The translations under genes were made by a program, and so were the position numbers. The notes beneath the pieces were generated by a model. The model saw only the letters and a program-made list of their open reading frames with translations. It was not told the origin of the DNA and made no database searches. DNA of 64,000 nucleotides. It comes from Candidatus Poribacteria bacterium (lineage in GTDB: Bacteria > Poribacteria > WGA-4E > WGA-3G). The stretch is taken from contig OZ251518.1 in NCBI GenBank assembly GCA_965242965.1, forward strand, positions 4,768,001 to 4,832,000, in the 5' to 3' direction. This document shows, piece by piece, positions 9,796-19,506 of this stretch (its first letter is position 1; each line of letters begins with the position of its first letter).

Positions 9796-9806
9796 CAGTG
9801 CAAAAC

Positions 9807-10595
9807 ATGAAACAAATCTTAACCATCGCAGGTTCAGACTCCGGCGGCGGTGCCGGCATACAGGCGGACATTAAAGCCATCTCCGCAAACGGCGGATTCG
9901 CAATGTCCGCGATAACCTCTGTCACGGCGCAGAATACGGTGGCGGTGACGAGCGCGTTCGATCTGCCGATTTCGCTCATTGAGGCGCAACTGGATGCAGT
10001 CTTCACCGACTTTGAGGTGGCAAGCGTCAAGACCGGGATGCTTTCTTCATCGGAGATTGTGGCGGCGGTATCGCAGAAGTTGCGTGAATACGCGCCGCCT
10101 GCCATCGTCGTAGATCCGGTGATGATCTCCAAGAGTCGGTTTCCTTTGTTGAAAGAAGAGGCGATTGCGAGTCTTAAGGCGGAATTGATTCCGCTTGCCA
10201 CGCTCATCACGCCGAACGTCTACGAGGCGGAATTGCTGGCGCGACGGGAGATCCAGACTACGGATGATGCCAAAGCCGCGGCGCAGGTTATTGCGGCGTT
10301 GGGATGCGAGGCGGTGCTGGTAAAAGGCGGGCATCTCGGCGGCGCGCAGGCAACGGATGTGCTTTATTTCGGCGGCGAGTGGCACTTTTTCGAGGCGGAA
10401 CGCATTGATACGCAGAATACGCACGGCACGGGTTGCACCTATTCCGCCGCCATCGCGACGCAACTCGCGCACGGCAAGGAACTTACGGAGGCGATCCGCG
10501 CGGCGAAGGCGTATATTACAAACGCCATCCGCCACGCGCTGGACATCGGACATGGGCATGGCCCAACGAATCATTTTTATTCCCTCGCGCGATAA
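9807..10595 (+). CDS. thiD: hydroxymethylpyrimidine/phosphomethylpyrimidine kinase
   Basis: LTIAGSDSGGGAGIQADIK, VTAQNT, VKTGML, VVDPVM, KGGH, THGTGCT. Confidence 0.97.
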   Translation: MKQILTIAGSDSGGGAGIQADIKAISANGGFAMSAITSVTAQNTVAVTSAFDLPISLIEAQLDAVFTDFEVASVKTGMLSSSEIVAAVSQKLREYAPPAIVVDPVMISKSRFPLLKEEAIASLKAELIPLATLITPNVYEAELLARREIQTTDDAKAAAQVIAALGCEAVLVKGGHLGGAQATDVLYFGGEWHFFEAERIDTQNTHGTGCTYSAAIATQLAHGKELTEAIRAAKAYITNAIRHALDIGHGHGPTNHFYSLAR

Positions 10596-10941
10596 TCACC
10601 GTGGCCCGTAGCGCGGGGGCCTGTCCCCCGCGATTCCCTCGCGCGATAATCACCATGGCCCGTAGCGCGGGGGCCTGTCCCCCGCGATCGTTGGCATGGC
10701 GAGGGGAACCCGCTCGCATGCGCGTGTGGCATGCGAGGGCCCAAGCCCTACGGTGAGGGGTGGCGTTTTTTCACCGTAGCGCGGGGGCCTGTCCCCCGCG
10801 ATTCCCTCGCGCGATAATCACCGTGGCCCGTAGCGCGGGGTCTTGTCCCCCGCGATTGTTGGCATGGCGAGGGACAGGCCCTCGCCCTACGGTGAGGGAC
10901 AGGCGTTTTTTCACCGTAGCGCGGGGGCCCTCGCCCTACGG
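10579..10941. repeat. cluster of GTAG-REP hairpins with a repeated thiD 3' end
   Basis: CGTAGCGCGGGGGCCTGTCCCCCGCGAT and GGCGAGGGACAGGCCCTCGCCCTACG units. ATTCCCTCGCGCGATAATCACC(G/A)TGGCC occurs at 10579, 10633 and 10801. Confidence 0.85.
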
Positions 10942-10957
10942 GCCAGCGGCATAAAAT

Positions 10958-11338
10958 CTATAGCCGTTGCCGCCCCGCAAAACCGGTATCTGTCTCGTGC
11001 CAATATCGGATTTTTTGTTCACCGAGCCGCCAGCAGAGGTAGACCTCCTTGCCATCGCGCAGGTGCGGGAAATCGATGAGGCCCGGGTCAAGTCCTTTGA
11101 GGTGACATCCTCGGTTTGCGATGCGTTCGATGATCTGGCGGAATTGCGTGCCGGCGCGGAGATATTCAGGTGAACGCTTATCGCCGCCGTTCAATGAGAT
11201 AACCTCAAACATCGGCGTGAGTTCTGCGTGGAGTTCTGTGAGTTCGCTTTTCAGTGCCTGCAGCGTGAGGATATCCTCGGTTAATTGGGGGATGCACTGG
11301 TTTGCTTCTTCTAGGGTGAAGTATCGTTTTTGTTGCAT
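10958..11338 (-). CDS. DUF2203 family protein
   Basis: RYFTLEEAN, KGLDPGLIDFP, VYLCWRLGE..I.YWH..DTGFAGRQ. AGGAG RBS before ATG 11338. Confidence 0.9.
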   Translation of the reverse strand: MQQKRYFTLEEANQCIPQLTEDILTLQALKSELTELHAELTPMFEVISLNGGDKRSPEYLRAGTQFRQIIERIANRGCHLKGLDPGLIDFPHLRDGKEVYLCWRLGEQKIRYWHETDTGFAGRQRL

Positions 11339-11378
11339 GTTCGGTTCTCCTGTGGCGTTGTGGAAATTGCGTTTAGTT

Positions 11379-12009
11379 GAGGGTGTTTCATATCTCGATT
11401 GCCCCCGGTAGGAGAGACCTCCTGGTCTCGATGTTCCCGTAAGGCTTTTCTCCGCCCGTAGCGCGGGGGCCTGTCCCCCGCGATCGTTGGGCTGCGCGAG
11501 CATGGCGAGGAAAACCCGCTCGCATGCGCGTGTGGCATGCGAGGGCCCTCGCCCTACGGTACCGGATGCCGTTTTTTCTACGCATCGTTTTAGGTCCTTT
11601 AGGACCTACATGTCTATAGAAAAATGTGCCGGTCCCATGTCAAGGTCCTTTAGGTCCTTAATAAAAACACGCGCGGACCCGGTAAAATCTATTAAGGACC
11701 TAAAGGACCTTAGGGTTCTTCGCGTTCGCGCGTGCTATAGACATTAAGGTCCTACGGACCTAAGAAACGTTTTTTTCTAGCGCGAGCGATGGCGAGGGAA
11801 ACCCTCTCGCATGCGCGTGTGGCATGCGAGGGCCCAAGCCCTACGTGAAGGGGCGGCGTTTTCTCACCGCAGCGCGGGGGCCTGTCCCCCGCGATCTCCA
11901 TCGTGACGATGTGTGTTTCCACCTCTGTAGTTTGTGATCGCCTGATCACAAACAGGTCAAGCTCTGGGCACCGGGAGGGCTCTCCTACACGGATTTATGA
12001 AACACCCTC
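11379..12009. mobile_element. MITE with 14-bp TIR and 8-bp TSD, REP mosaic interior
   Basis: Perfect TIR GAGGGTGTTTCATA...TATGAAACACCCTC. TSD GTTTAGTT at 11371-11378 and 12010-12017. Confidence 0.9.
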
Positions 12010-12060
12010 GTTTAGTTGGTAATTTACACGAATTTGGGGAATATGTCAAGATAAATCTGA

Positions 12061-12135
12061 GCAGGATTCACAAGATTCACAAGATTGAAGCAGGATTTAC
12101 AAGATTGAAGCAGGATTTACAAGATTTACAAGATT
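12061..12135. repeat. short tandem repeat (GATT[C/T]ACAA / GAAGCAGGATT units)
   Basis: gcaggattcacaagattcacaagattgaagcaggatttacaagattgaagcaggatttacaagatttacaagatt. Confidence 0.8.
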
Positions 12136-12193
12136 AGAGCATCTTGGAAACCGAGCGTCCTTTGGAAATACATAAGACAACACAGCCCACAGA

Positions 12194-13828
12194 ATGGCAA
12201 ATGAATCCAACACAACGATAAACCAAAACGTCACCCGTGCGGCGGGCATTGTCAGCATCGCCGTGATGGGTTCGCGGATTCTCGGGCTCGCCCGCGAGGT
12301 CGCGATAGCGTTCTATTTTCCTGCGCGGACAGGTGCGGATGCGTTTTACCTCGCGTTTCGCATCCCGAATTTCCTCCGCGATCTGTTCGGCGAAGGCATC
12401 TTGAGCAAGGCGTTTATTACTACCTTCCTCGCAACGGAAAGCGAAGAGGGAGAGGCGGCGGCGTGGCACCTCGCGAACCGCGTCTTTAATCTGACGGCAC
12501 TCATCCTGCTCTGCATCACGATACTCGGTATCGCCTTCGCACCCGCCATCGTTGATGTGTTGACTCGCGAGAATTTTGAAGAGGCGTTGGAACCCGGCGA
12601 GCATTACGGCTTTCACAGCAAGGTTGAGCTCACCATATACCTCACGCAGTTGATGTTTCCTTATCTGCTGTTCGTCTCGCTCGCGGCGATTGCGATGGGG
12701 TTGCTCAACAGCAAGGGGAGGTTTGGGGTGCCGGCGTGCGCGTCGTCTTTTTTTAACCTGAGTTCGCTCTTCATCGGCGTAGGCGGTTACTATGTGTGTC
12801 AACAGGCAGGGATGCACCCGGTAACGGGAATGGCGGCGGGTGTCATCGTCGGGGGCATCGCGCAGTTCGTCATTCAGGTGCCGTCAATGTATCGAGTCGG
12901 CTTTCGGTATCGCCCGCTTCTCAGCCTCCGCGATGCGAGAGTGCGCCAGGTCTTCAGTCTCATCGGACCGGCGGTGTTAGGCGTGGCAGCCGTGCAGGTT
13001 AATCAGTTTACGAACACCTTTTTTATCACGGAAGATTCGGGATGGTTGACATGGATAAACCGCGCCTACCGCGTGATGCATCTTCCTATCGGGATATTCG
13101 GTGTGGCGATTTCCACGGTAGCACTGCCGCAACTTGCGCGGTTCGCCACGGCGGGTGAGACAGCCAATTTCCGCAACGCGCTCTCTTACGCGCTGCGATT
13201 GATGCTGACGTTAACACTCCCCGCTTCTGTCGGGTTGATGGTGTTATCGGCACCCATCTGCCGACTGCTTTATGAACGCGGGCAGACTTTTGAGGTAGAC
13301 ACGCTTGCAACGGCGGGTGCCCTGTTTGTCTACGCCTTCGGGTTGTGCGGATTTTCGGCACTCAAAATCGTGACAGATGGGTTTTACGCCTACAAAGACA
13401 TCCGCGCGCCGGTGATTGTCAGCGTCTGCGCCGTCACGCTCAACATCGCGCTGAACTATCTCTTTATCTATGAAGGATTATTTTTAGACCATCGTGCAGT
13501 CGTATTTTCGACTGTTTTGACGGTGACGCTGAACTTTTCTGTCCTCTTGGTGCTGCTGCGCCGCAAAGTCGGCAGATTGGGACTCTCCTCGCTCATCCGC
13601 CTGACGTTGAAAACCGTCATCGCCTCGGTAGTGATGGGGCTCAGCTGCTGGGTCGCGAACGGGATTATTGAGGGGGATTGGCTCGGCACGGAGGGATTCG
13701 TGACACGAGTTATCGGCGTTTTCCTTCCCATCGGCATCGGCGTTATCGTGCTTGCGGGGATGTATAAAGCGTTGAAAGTGAAAGAGTTTGATGATATTAT
13801 AGAGATGTTCAAGCGGAGATTATCATGA
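12194..13828 (+). CDS. murJ: lipid II flippase MurJ (MviN)
   Basis: SRILGLARE, ADAF.LAFRIPNFLRDLFGEG, many TM helices, R.M.LP.GIFG.AISTV.LP. Confidence 0.95.
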   Translation: MANESNTTINQNVTRAAGIVSIAVMGSRILGLAREVAIAFYFPARTGADAFYLAFRIPNFLRDLFGEGILSKAFITTFLATESEEGEAAAWHLANRVFNLTALILLCITILGIAFAPAIVDVLTRENFEEALEPGEHYGFHSKVELTIYLTQLMFPYLLFVSLAAIAMGLLNSKGRFGVPACASSFFNLSSLFIGVGGYYVCQQAGMHPVTGMAAGVIVGGIAQFVIQVPSMYRVGFRYRPLLSLRDARVRQVFSLIGPAVLGVAAVQVNQFTNTFFITEDSGWLTWINRAYRVMHLPIGIFGVAISTVALPQLARFATAGETANFRNALSYALRLMLTLTLPASVGLMVLSAPICRLLYERGQTFEVDTLATAGALFVYAFGLCGFSALKIVTDGFYAYKDIRAPVIVSVCAVTLNIALNYLFIYEGLFLDHRAVVFSTVLTVTLNFSVLLVLLRRKVGRLGLSSLIRLTLKTVIASVVMGLSCWVANGIIEGDWLGTEGFVTRVIGVFLPIGIGVIVLAGMYKALKVKEFDDIIEMFKRRLS

Positions 13829-13891
13829 GGTGCAACGAACAGGATAGGCGCGATTTGAAAGCGCGCATACCAGACTGATGGACAGACATTT

Positions 13892-14671
13892 ATGCTAACA
13901 AAACGAATTATTCCGTGTTTAGATGTGCGCGCGGGCAAGGTGACAAAAGGGATTGCCTTCAAAGGCAACGTCAATGTGGGGGATCCGGTAGAAATGGCGC
14001 GCTTTTACTATGAAGGCGGTGCAGATGAGCTCGTTTTTTACGACATCACGGCGAGCAACGAACGGCGCGATATCATGATTGATGTCGTCTCCGCTGTCGC
14101 CGCCGAGATTTTTATTCCGTTTTCTGTCGGCGGCGGGTTAAGAACGCTGGAGGATATGCGTCGTGTGCTTCTCGCCGGTGCGGAAAAGGTGAGCATCGAT
14201 TCGGGTGCGGTGCGGCATCCGCCGTTAATTTCGGAAGGCGCGCGTGCGTTCGGCAGCCAATGCGTCGTGCTGAGCATGCAGGTAAAACGCGTGCAGAAAA
14301 GCAAGCAGATTCCGAGCGGCTACGAGATTTATATTGACGGCGGCAGAACCCCGGTCGGCTGGGATGCGCTGGTGTGGGCCTCGCGCGGCGTTGAGTTAGG
14401 CGCGGGCGAAATTGTCGTCAACAGCATCGATGCCGATGGCACGAAAGCCGGCTATGAACTTGCGTTAACGGGTGCGATTGCGGCTCGGGTGCCGGTGCCG
14501 GTGATTGCCTCTGGCGGCGCGGGGAATCCACAACACCTGCGCGATGTCTTCGTCAAAAGCAACGCCGATGCTGCCATCGTCGCCTCCATCACGCACTACG
14601 GCGAGTTCACCATTAAGAATATCAAATCCTATTTGGAGACAGAAGGCGTGAGTGTCAGAGATACGTGGTAA
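13892..14671 (+). CDS. hisF: imidazole glycerol phosphate synthase cyclase subunit
   Basis: [60 protein letters not shown]. Confidence 0.97.
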   Translation: MLTKRIIPCLDVRAGKVTKGIAFKGNVNVGDPVEMARFYYEGGADELVFYDITASNERRDIMIDVVSAVAAEIFIPFSVGGGLRTLEDMRRVLLAGAEKVSIDSGAVRHPPLISEGARAFGSQCVVLSMQVKRVQKSKQIPSGYEIYIDGGRTPVGWDALVWASRGVELGAGEIVVNSIDADGTKAGYELALTGAIAARVPVPVIASGGAGNPQHLRDVFVKSNADAAIVASITHYGEFTIKNIKSYLETEGVSVRDTW

Positions 14672-14674
14672 CAG

Positions 14675-15487
14675 GAGAGTGTTTCATAAATCCGTGTAGG
14701 AGAGTCCTCCCGCGTGCTCCCGTAGGAGAGACCTCCTGGTCTCGATGCAATAGGGCGGCGCGCCTCCCGGGGGCGCGGCGGCAGAAGGTCCCCCTTGAAC
14801 AAACGTCTCTTAGGTCCTTTAGGTCCTTAATGTCTATAGCACTCGCGTCCGCGAAGAGCCCTAAGGTCCTTTAGGTCCTTAATAGGTTTTGCCAGGGCCG
14901 CGCGTATTTTTTATTAAGGACCTAAAGGACCTTGCCGTGGGACAGACACGTTTTTCTATAGACATGTAGGACCTAAAGGACCTAAGACTGCCTCTTGCCG
15001 ATGGCCAACGCGGGGGACAGGCCCCCGCGCTACGGGAAAAAAACGGCGTGCGTTACCGTAGGGCTTGGGCCCTCGGATGCCATCCGCGCATCCGAGCGGG
15101 TGTCCCTCGCCATCGCTCGCGCTACGGAAAAAACGTCTCTTGTTCTCTTCAGGTCTGTAAGACCTTAATGTCTATAGCACTCGCGTCCGCGAAGAACGCT
15201 AAGGTCCTTTAGGTCCTTAATAGATTTTGTCATGCTGTGCGTTTTTTATTAAGGACCTAAAGGACCTTGATATGGGCCGACACGTTTTTCTATAGACATG
15301 TAGGACCTAAAGGACCTAAGACTGCCTCTTGCCGATGGCCAACGCGGGGGACAGGCCCCCGCGCTACGATAAAAAACGCCCCCTCACCGTAGGGCTTGGG
15401 CCCTCGCATGCCACACGCGCATGCGAGAGGGTTCCCCTCGCCATCGTTCCCGCTACGGGAACATTGAGACCGGGAGGGCTCTCCTAC
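14675..15487. mobile_element. REP-mosaic MITE-like element with only the left TIR
   Basis: Starts with GAGAGTGTTTCATAAATCCG. Contains an internal duplication of the AGGTCCT/AGGACCT block and several REP hairpins. No right TIR seen. Confidence 0.75.
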
Positions 15488-15508
15488 CCAGATAGCACGG
15501 AGTCTGTT

Positions 15509-17413
15509 ATGAGCATCCGCATCCAATTGACATTGAGTTACATCGGCATCGTGCTTTTGGTGCTATTCGCCATGTATCTCTACCTCGGCACGACGCTGAA
15601 GGCATCCCTCAGCAGCCGCATCACCGGCGAACTAGAAATTCAGGCGGCACTCTCCCGCGAATTCCTGCTGGATGCATTGCCCCAAACCAATCGGTTTACT
15701 TATGAAATCGACGACCTCATCGACCGGCTCGGAAAAATAGGGGGGATGCGGTTGACGTTCATTGACGTTGACGGACATGTCCGGGGAGATACGGAACGTG
15801 ATGGAGCGGAACTCCGCGCAATGGACAACCACCTCAACCGTCCGGAGGTGCAAGATGCATTGGAGAAGGGACGCGGTATCCGCGACAGATATAGCACGAC
15901 AACACAGACAGAATTTCGCTATTTCGCGGTGCCCGTGGAACGCGCCGGGGAACTGCTCGGTATCTGTCGCGTCGCGCTACCGATGAAGGCGGTAAACAGC
16001 GCGATTTTCGATCTCTGGCGCATGCTCCTCCTTGTCAGCGCAGCGGGGCTCCTTTTGGCGATTCTATTCAGCATTTTCACCGCTGGTGCCATCGTGAAGC
16101 CGATTGAAAATTTGACGCAGACGACGCAATCCCTGGCCGCCGGAAAAATTGACTCGCGCGTGCCGGTGAATTCTTCTAATGAATTAGGGCAACTCTCGCG
16201 GAATTTCAACCTGATGGCGAATCGGGTGCAAGGACAGATTTACCGCATCTCTCAAGAGCATCAACGGCTGGAGACTATTTTGACGAATATGAACGAGGGG
16301 GTGTTGCTCCTCAACGGCGCGTATGAGGTTACCTACGCGAATCCCGCCGCTATTGCGATGTTAACGCTTCCCGAAGCACAGCGAGGGACAGGCACTCGCC
16401 AGACGATGGAAGAAGGGGACGAGGCATACATCGGCAGGGCCCTAATCGAAATCAACAGGAAACCGGAATTGCAGGCACTGCTCAAGGAGGCGAAGGAGAC
16501 TGGCAAGGTGGCATTTACAGAGATTCGGCTTGGAAACCTGATGGAGCCGGAGGCAGAGGTTACCGTCGTCCCCATCACCACGCCAGAAAATAGAGGCACC
16601 GCCGATGCGGCTCCCCGTGCTTCAGAACCCGAGTATCTCATCGTCATTCACGATGTGAGTCAGGTGCGGCAGCTAGAACGTATCCGTTCAGATTTTGTGG
16701 CGAACGTCTCACACGAACTGCGCACCCCGCTCACCTCCATTCAGGGATACGCCGAAACCTTGCTGAACGGTGAATTTGACTCCTCAATAGGCTCTGGCCT
16801 TGACACCACCGAAAAAAAACGACGCGAAGAATTCCTCATCAAAATCCTCAATCACGCCGCGCGTCTCTCGCGATTAGTCGCTGATCTACTCGAATTATCA
16901 CGACTTGAATCCGGTGACGTTGAACTCAAACGCGCCCCCTGTCCCCTCAACGCCTTCCACGAAACGATTTTAGACGTGTTTGAGCCGGTGTTAGAAGAAT
17001 CAGGCGTAGTTTTGACATGGAGCACTCCGGAAACGTTGCCGCAGGTGAACGTTGACAAGCAGCTCTTCATGCAAGTATTCGTGAATCTTATTGACAATGC
17101 AATTAAATACACGCCAGATGGCGGCACGATTGAAGTATCAGCGGAAGTATCGGATGCCGAACTCATCGTGCATGTAAAAGACACCGGCATCGGCATCCCG
17201 TCGGAATCGCAGTCGCGCGTCTTTGAGCGGTTTTATCGTGTGGACAAAGGCCGCGCGAGAGAGATGGGCGGCACTGGGCTCGGGCTCGCTATTACCAAAC
17301 ACATCGTGTTGCGCCACGGCGGACGCATCTGGCTGGAAAGCACTTTAGGACAAGGCACCGTGTTTCATGTCGCGCTGCCCAATCCCCTTATGCCCGCGCA
17401 CCTTGCAGCGTAG
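15509..17413 (+). CDS. PhoR-like sensor histidine kinase (Cache-HAMP-PAS-HisKA-HATPase)
   Basis: Two TM segments, DNHLNRPEV, HAMP, FVANVSHELRTPLTSIQGYAETLL, NLIDNAIKY, FERFYRVDKGRAREMGGTGLGLAITKH. The real start is likely ATG 15509. Confidence 0.93.
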   Translation: MSIRIQLTLSYIGIVLLVLFAMYLYLGTTLKASLSSRITGELEIQAALSREFLLDALPQTNRFTYEIDDLIDRLGKIGGMRLTFIDVDGHVRGDTERDGAELRAMDNHLNRPEVQDALEKGRGIRDRYSTTTQTEFRYFAVPVERAGELLGICRVALPMKAVNSAIFDLWRMLLLVSAAGLLLAILFSIFTAGAIVKPIENLTQTTQSLAAGKIDSRVPVNSSNELGQLSRNFNLMANRVQGQIYRISQEHQRLETILTNMNEGVLLLNGAYEVTYANPAAIAMLTLPEAQRGTGTRQTMEEGDEAYIGRALIEINRKPELQALLKEAKETGKVAFTEIRLGNLMEPEAEVTVVPITTPENRGTADAAPRASEPEYLIVIHDVSQVRQLERIRSDFVANVSHELRTPLTSIQGYAETLLNGEFDSSIGSGLDTTEKKRREEFLIKILNHAARLSRLVADLLELSRLESGDVELKRAPCPLNAFHETILDVFEPVLEESGVVLTWSTPETLPQVNVDKQLFMQVFVNLIDNAIKYTPDGGTIEVSAEVSDAELIVHVKDTGIGIPSESQSRVFERFYRVDKGRAREMGGTGLGLAITKHIVLRHGGRIWLESTLGQGTVFHVALPNPLMPAHLAA

Positions 17414-17588
17414 CGCGGTGGTGCATCGAGACTGGGAGGTCTCTCCTACGGACTCGCGATGCCCGCGCCCCTTGCAGCGTAGCGCGGCCGTTCGGGATCA
17501 GGCGATCCCGAACTACGGTCTTGATGCCCGCGCCCCTTGCATCGTAGCGCGAGTTCTGCGTGTTATACCTGTCCCCCGCGATGCCCGC
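17390..17588. repeat. array of three ~29-bp direct repeats separated by different REP hairpins
   Basis: ATGCCCGCGC(A/C)CCTTGCA(G/T)CGTAGCGCG at 17390, 17459 and 17524, plus a partial copy at 17581. Confidence 0.8.
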
Positions 17589-18256
17589 TAAATCTGCCAC
17601 GCTTCTTGCGTCCACGCCATCTCCCAAAAGAGATACTCATAACGGCTGCTGAACAGAAAATGCCGCTTCAGCCGTGCTTTTTCGGCGGAACTGCTCTCCG
17701 CTGTCAACTCGTTCAGGAGGCTGCGCAACCACTTGCCTAAAGCGAGGAATTCCTCGGAGGCATACATCTCTATCCATTCTTGATAGAGCGGTTCGGGAGA
17801 ACCTCCCTGCTGTGCTAGCGTTGTGCCTATCTCGGCGTAACCCCACTGGCACGGCAACACGCCTGCGATGATGTCCGCCAGCGTGCCGCTCTGTGCAACG
17901 CTCAGCAAATGCCGCGTGTAGGCGTGCGTTGTCGGTGCCACCGGTGCTTGCTCCATCTCAGCGGCGGAGATGCCAAACTTTTCACAATACCCGCGGTGTA
18001 AATCCATCTCGGTGTTCAGGGTTTCGTTGAGCAGTTGTGAAAAGAGTGCCATCGTCGCCTCATCGGGTGCCTTGATAACGCCGTGCGCAAATACACGGCT
18101 ATAGTCTAACAGGAACAGATAGTCCTGAACGAGGTAGAACTTGAACTTCTCTGTCGGCAGTGTGCCATCGGCAATGCCGCGGACGAAGGGGTGCCCCAGG
18201 TCTGCCTCCCAAATCGGTGCGGCGGATTGTCTGAGTTCATCGGTAAATTGAGTCAA
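17588..18256 (-). CDS. tenA: thiaminase II / aminopyrimidine aminohydrolase
   Basis: HPFVRGIADGTL, YLVQDYLFL, LPCQWGYAEIG, YQEWIEMY, EYLFWEMA. AAGGAG RBS with TTG start. Confidence 0.95.
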   Translation of the reverse strand: MTQFTDELRQSAAPIWEADLGHPFVRGIADGTLPTEKFKFYLVQDYLFLLDYSRVFAHGVIKAPDEATMALFSQLLNETLNTEMDLHRGYCEKFGISAAEMEQAPVAPTTHAYTRHLLSVAQSGTLADIIAGVLPCQWGYAEIGTTLAQQGGSPEPLYQEWIEMYASEEFLALGKWLRSLLNELTAESSSAEKARLKRHFLFSSRYEYLFWEMAWTQEAWQI

Positions 18257-18345
18257 AAGTTTCGTCTCCTTGAAAGGTTATTTGGTGTCACACCAAATTC
18301 ATTGATGAATTGTGTATGACACCTCAACACAACGAGGTTATCACC

Positions 18346-19230
18346 ATGTTTGAAAAACTTGGAATTGTCACTAATATCTGGAGCGTGGAAATGCAAAACG
18401 GCGCACGCTTTGATAATCTAATGGTTGCATTCGGTGAAAACGGGTTCCGCGACCTGGAGGTGCGCGAAGGTGATTACCTCCGCGATTCCGCCTTTGGTGC
18501 AGTCATTACGCAACTTGAATCGGCAATGCCCGATTACTCCGATGCCGAGTGGAAAACCCTCGCCGAGGCGGTGTGGAACGGAAAACCGCATCCCACTAAG
18601 CATCCCGCGCTCTTTGAAGAGGTAGCCGCCTTCACCCGAAAAGCAACGGGGCTCACCTTGAGTTACGCGATGTCCCACCCGTGGCTTTCGGATTTCGAGG
18701 AGGCAAACACCGAACGGATACTCACGGCGAAGAAGTTGGCGTATCTGCTGTGTCCTTCTCGCGCGCGGCTCCGCCTCGTTGATCTGGATACCGAAGACGC
18801 GATTGACGAAGCTGTCGCTGTCGCGAACCTCCAACGTTATCACACGCTTTTGCCGAATTATCCGATGATTTTCGCCGTGGAGAACGCGCGTCAATCCGCT
18901 TTGCTAACCCTGAAATTAGCCATCGCCGGCGGCGCAAAACTCACCTACGACGAAACGAATACCTATCGTGCCGATGGGACAACGCTGAATTCGCCTGAGG
19001 CATTCTGGGCTTCCGTAGAGATGTCGTATCTCACCTCCGTGCATTTCAAGCAGAAGACAGCGGCCGGCGTGCTATCGGAAGTCGGCGATGGGTTTGTGGA
19101 TTTTCGCGCCATTGCCGCCCATTTGCGCGAGCGCGATTATACCGGTGACCTGCTGCTTGAAAACACCCCGACTTCGCATTCGTTGGCGGATGCATCGCGG
19201 AGCCGGGACTATCTGTGCGGATTAATGTGA
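18346..19230 (+). CDS. xylose isomerase-like TIM-barrel protein
   Basis: FAVEN, LTYD..N, VHFKQ, VGDGFVDF, YTGDLLLE. GAGG RBS. Confidence 0.7.
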   Translation: MFEKLGIVTNIWSVEMQNGARFDNLMVAFGENGFRDLEVREGDYLRDSAFGAVITQLESAMPDYSDAEWKTLAEAVWNGKPHPTKHPALFEEVAAFTRKATGLTLSYAMSHPWLSDFEEANTERILTAKKLAYLLCPSRARLRLVDLDTEDAIDEAVAVANLQRYHTLLPNYPMIFAVENARQSALLTLKLAIAGGAKLTYDETNTYRADGTTLNSPEAFWASVEMSYLTSVHFKQKTAAGVLSEVGDGFVDFRAIAAHLRERDYTGDLLLENTPTSHSLADASRSRDYLCGLM

Positions 19231-19400
19231 GAGGGTTTCATAACTCCGTTTCGGTATTTATTCCCCCTTGGGGAAGGACGAATACCAGAAGCCATCGGGC
19301 CCACCTCTGTAGTTCGGGAGCGCCCGCTCCCGAACAGGTCAGGATCAGGCGATCCTGACCTACAGGGGTGAGGAGGTCTGTCAACTTATGAAACACCCTG
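19229..19400. mobile_element. short MITE (172 bp) of the same TIR family
   Basis: GAGAGGGTTTCATA...TATGAAACACCCTG. Near-TSD ATTAATGT / ATTAATAT. Its first bases complete the upstream gene's TGA. Confidence 0.8.
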
Positions 19401-19506
19401 ATTAATATAACAAAACGGAACTATAAATGCCATATTTCCATCGGTCGGCGCGCTTTTCGGGAACGCTGCGCGGTTGCAAACCGCGCACAGAAGGTTGGCA
19501 TTGGGT

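Noticed and set aside
9460-9806. TPP riboswitch upstream of thiD (or of tenA)
   Set aside because: No CTGAGA / ACCTG core motif was found in either upstream region.
10357-11949. Short ORFs with ARSAGACPPR / RGGQAPALR / ARDRPSPY peptides (also near 3854, 15290, 20504, 23083, 58183 and 63294)
   Set aside because: These are translations of REP/MITE DNA, with no RBS or family motifs.
15329-15508. N-terminal 60-aa extension of the kinase ORF (similarly 11339-11503 for DUF2203)
   Set aside because: Derived from repeat DNA. RBS-supported starts lie at 15509 and 11338.
17390-17588. CRISPR array (29-bp repeats, 65-69-bp period)
   Set aside because: Only three repeats, the repeat overlaps the kinase 3' end, the spacers are multi-copy REPs, and there is no leader or cas gene.
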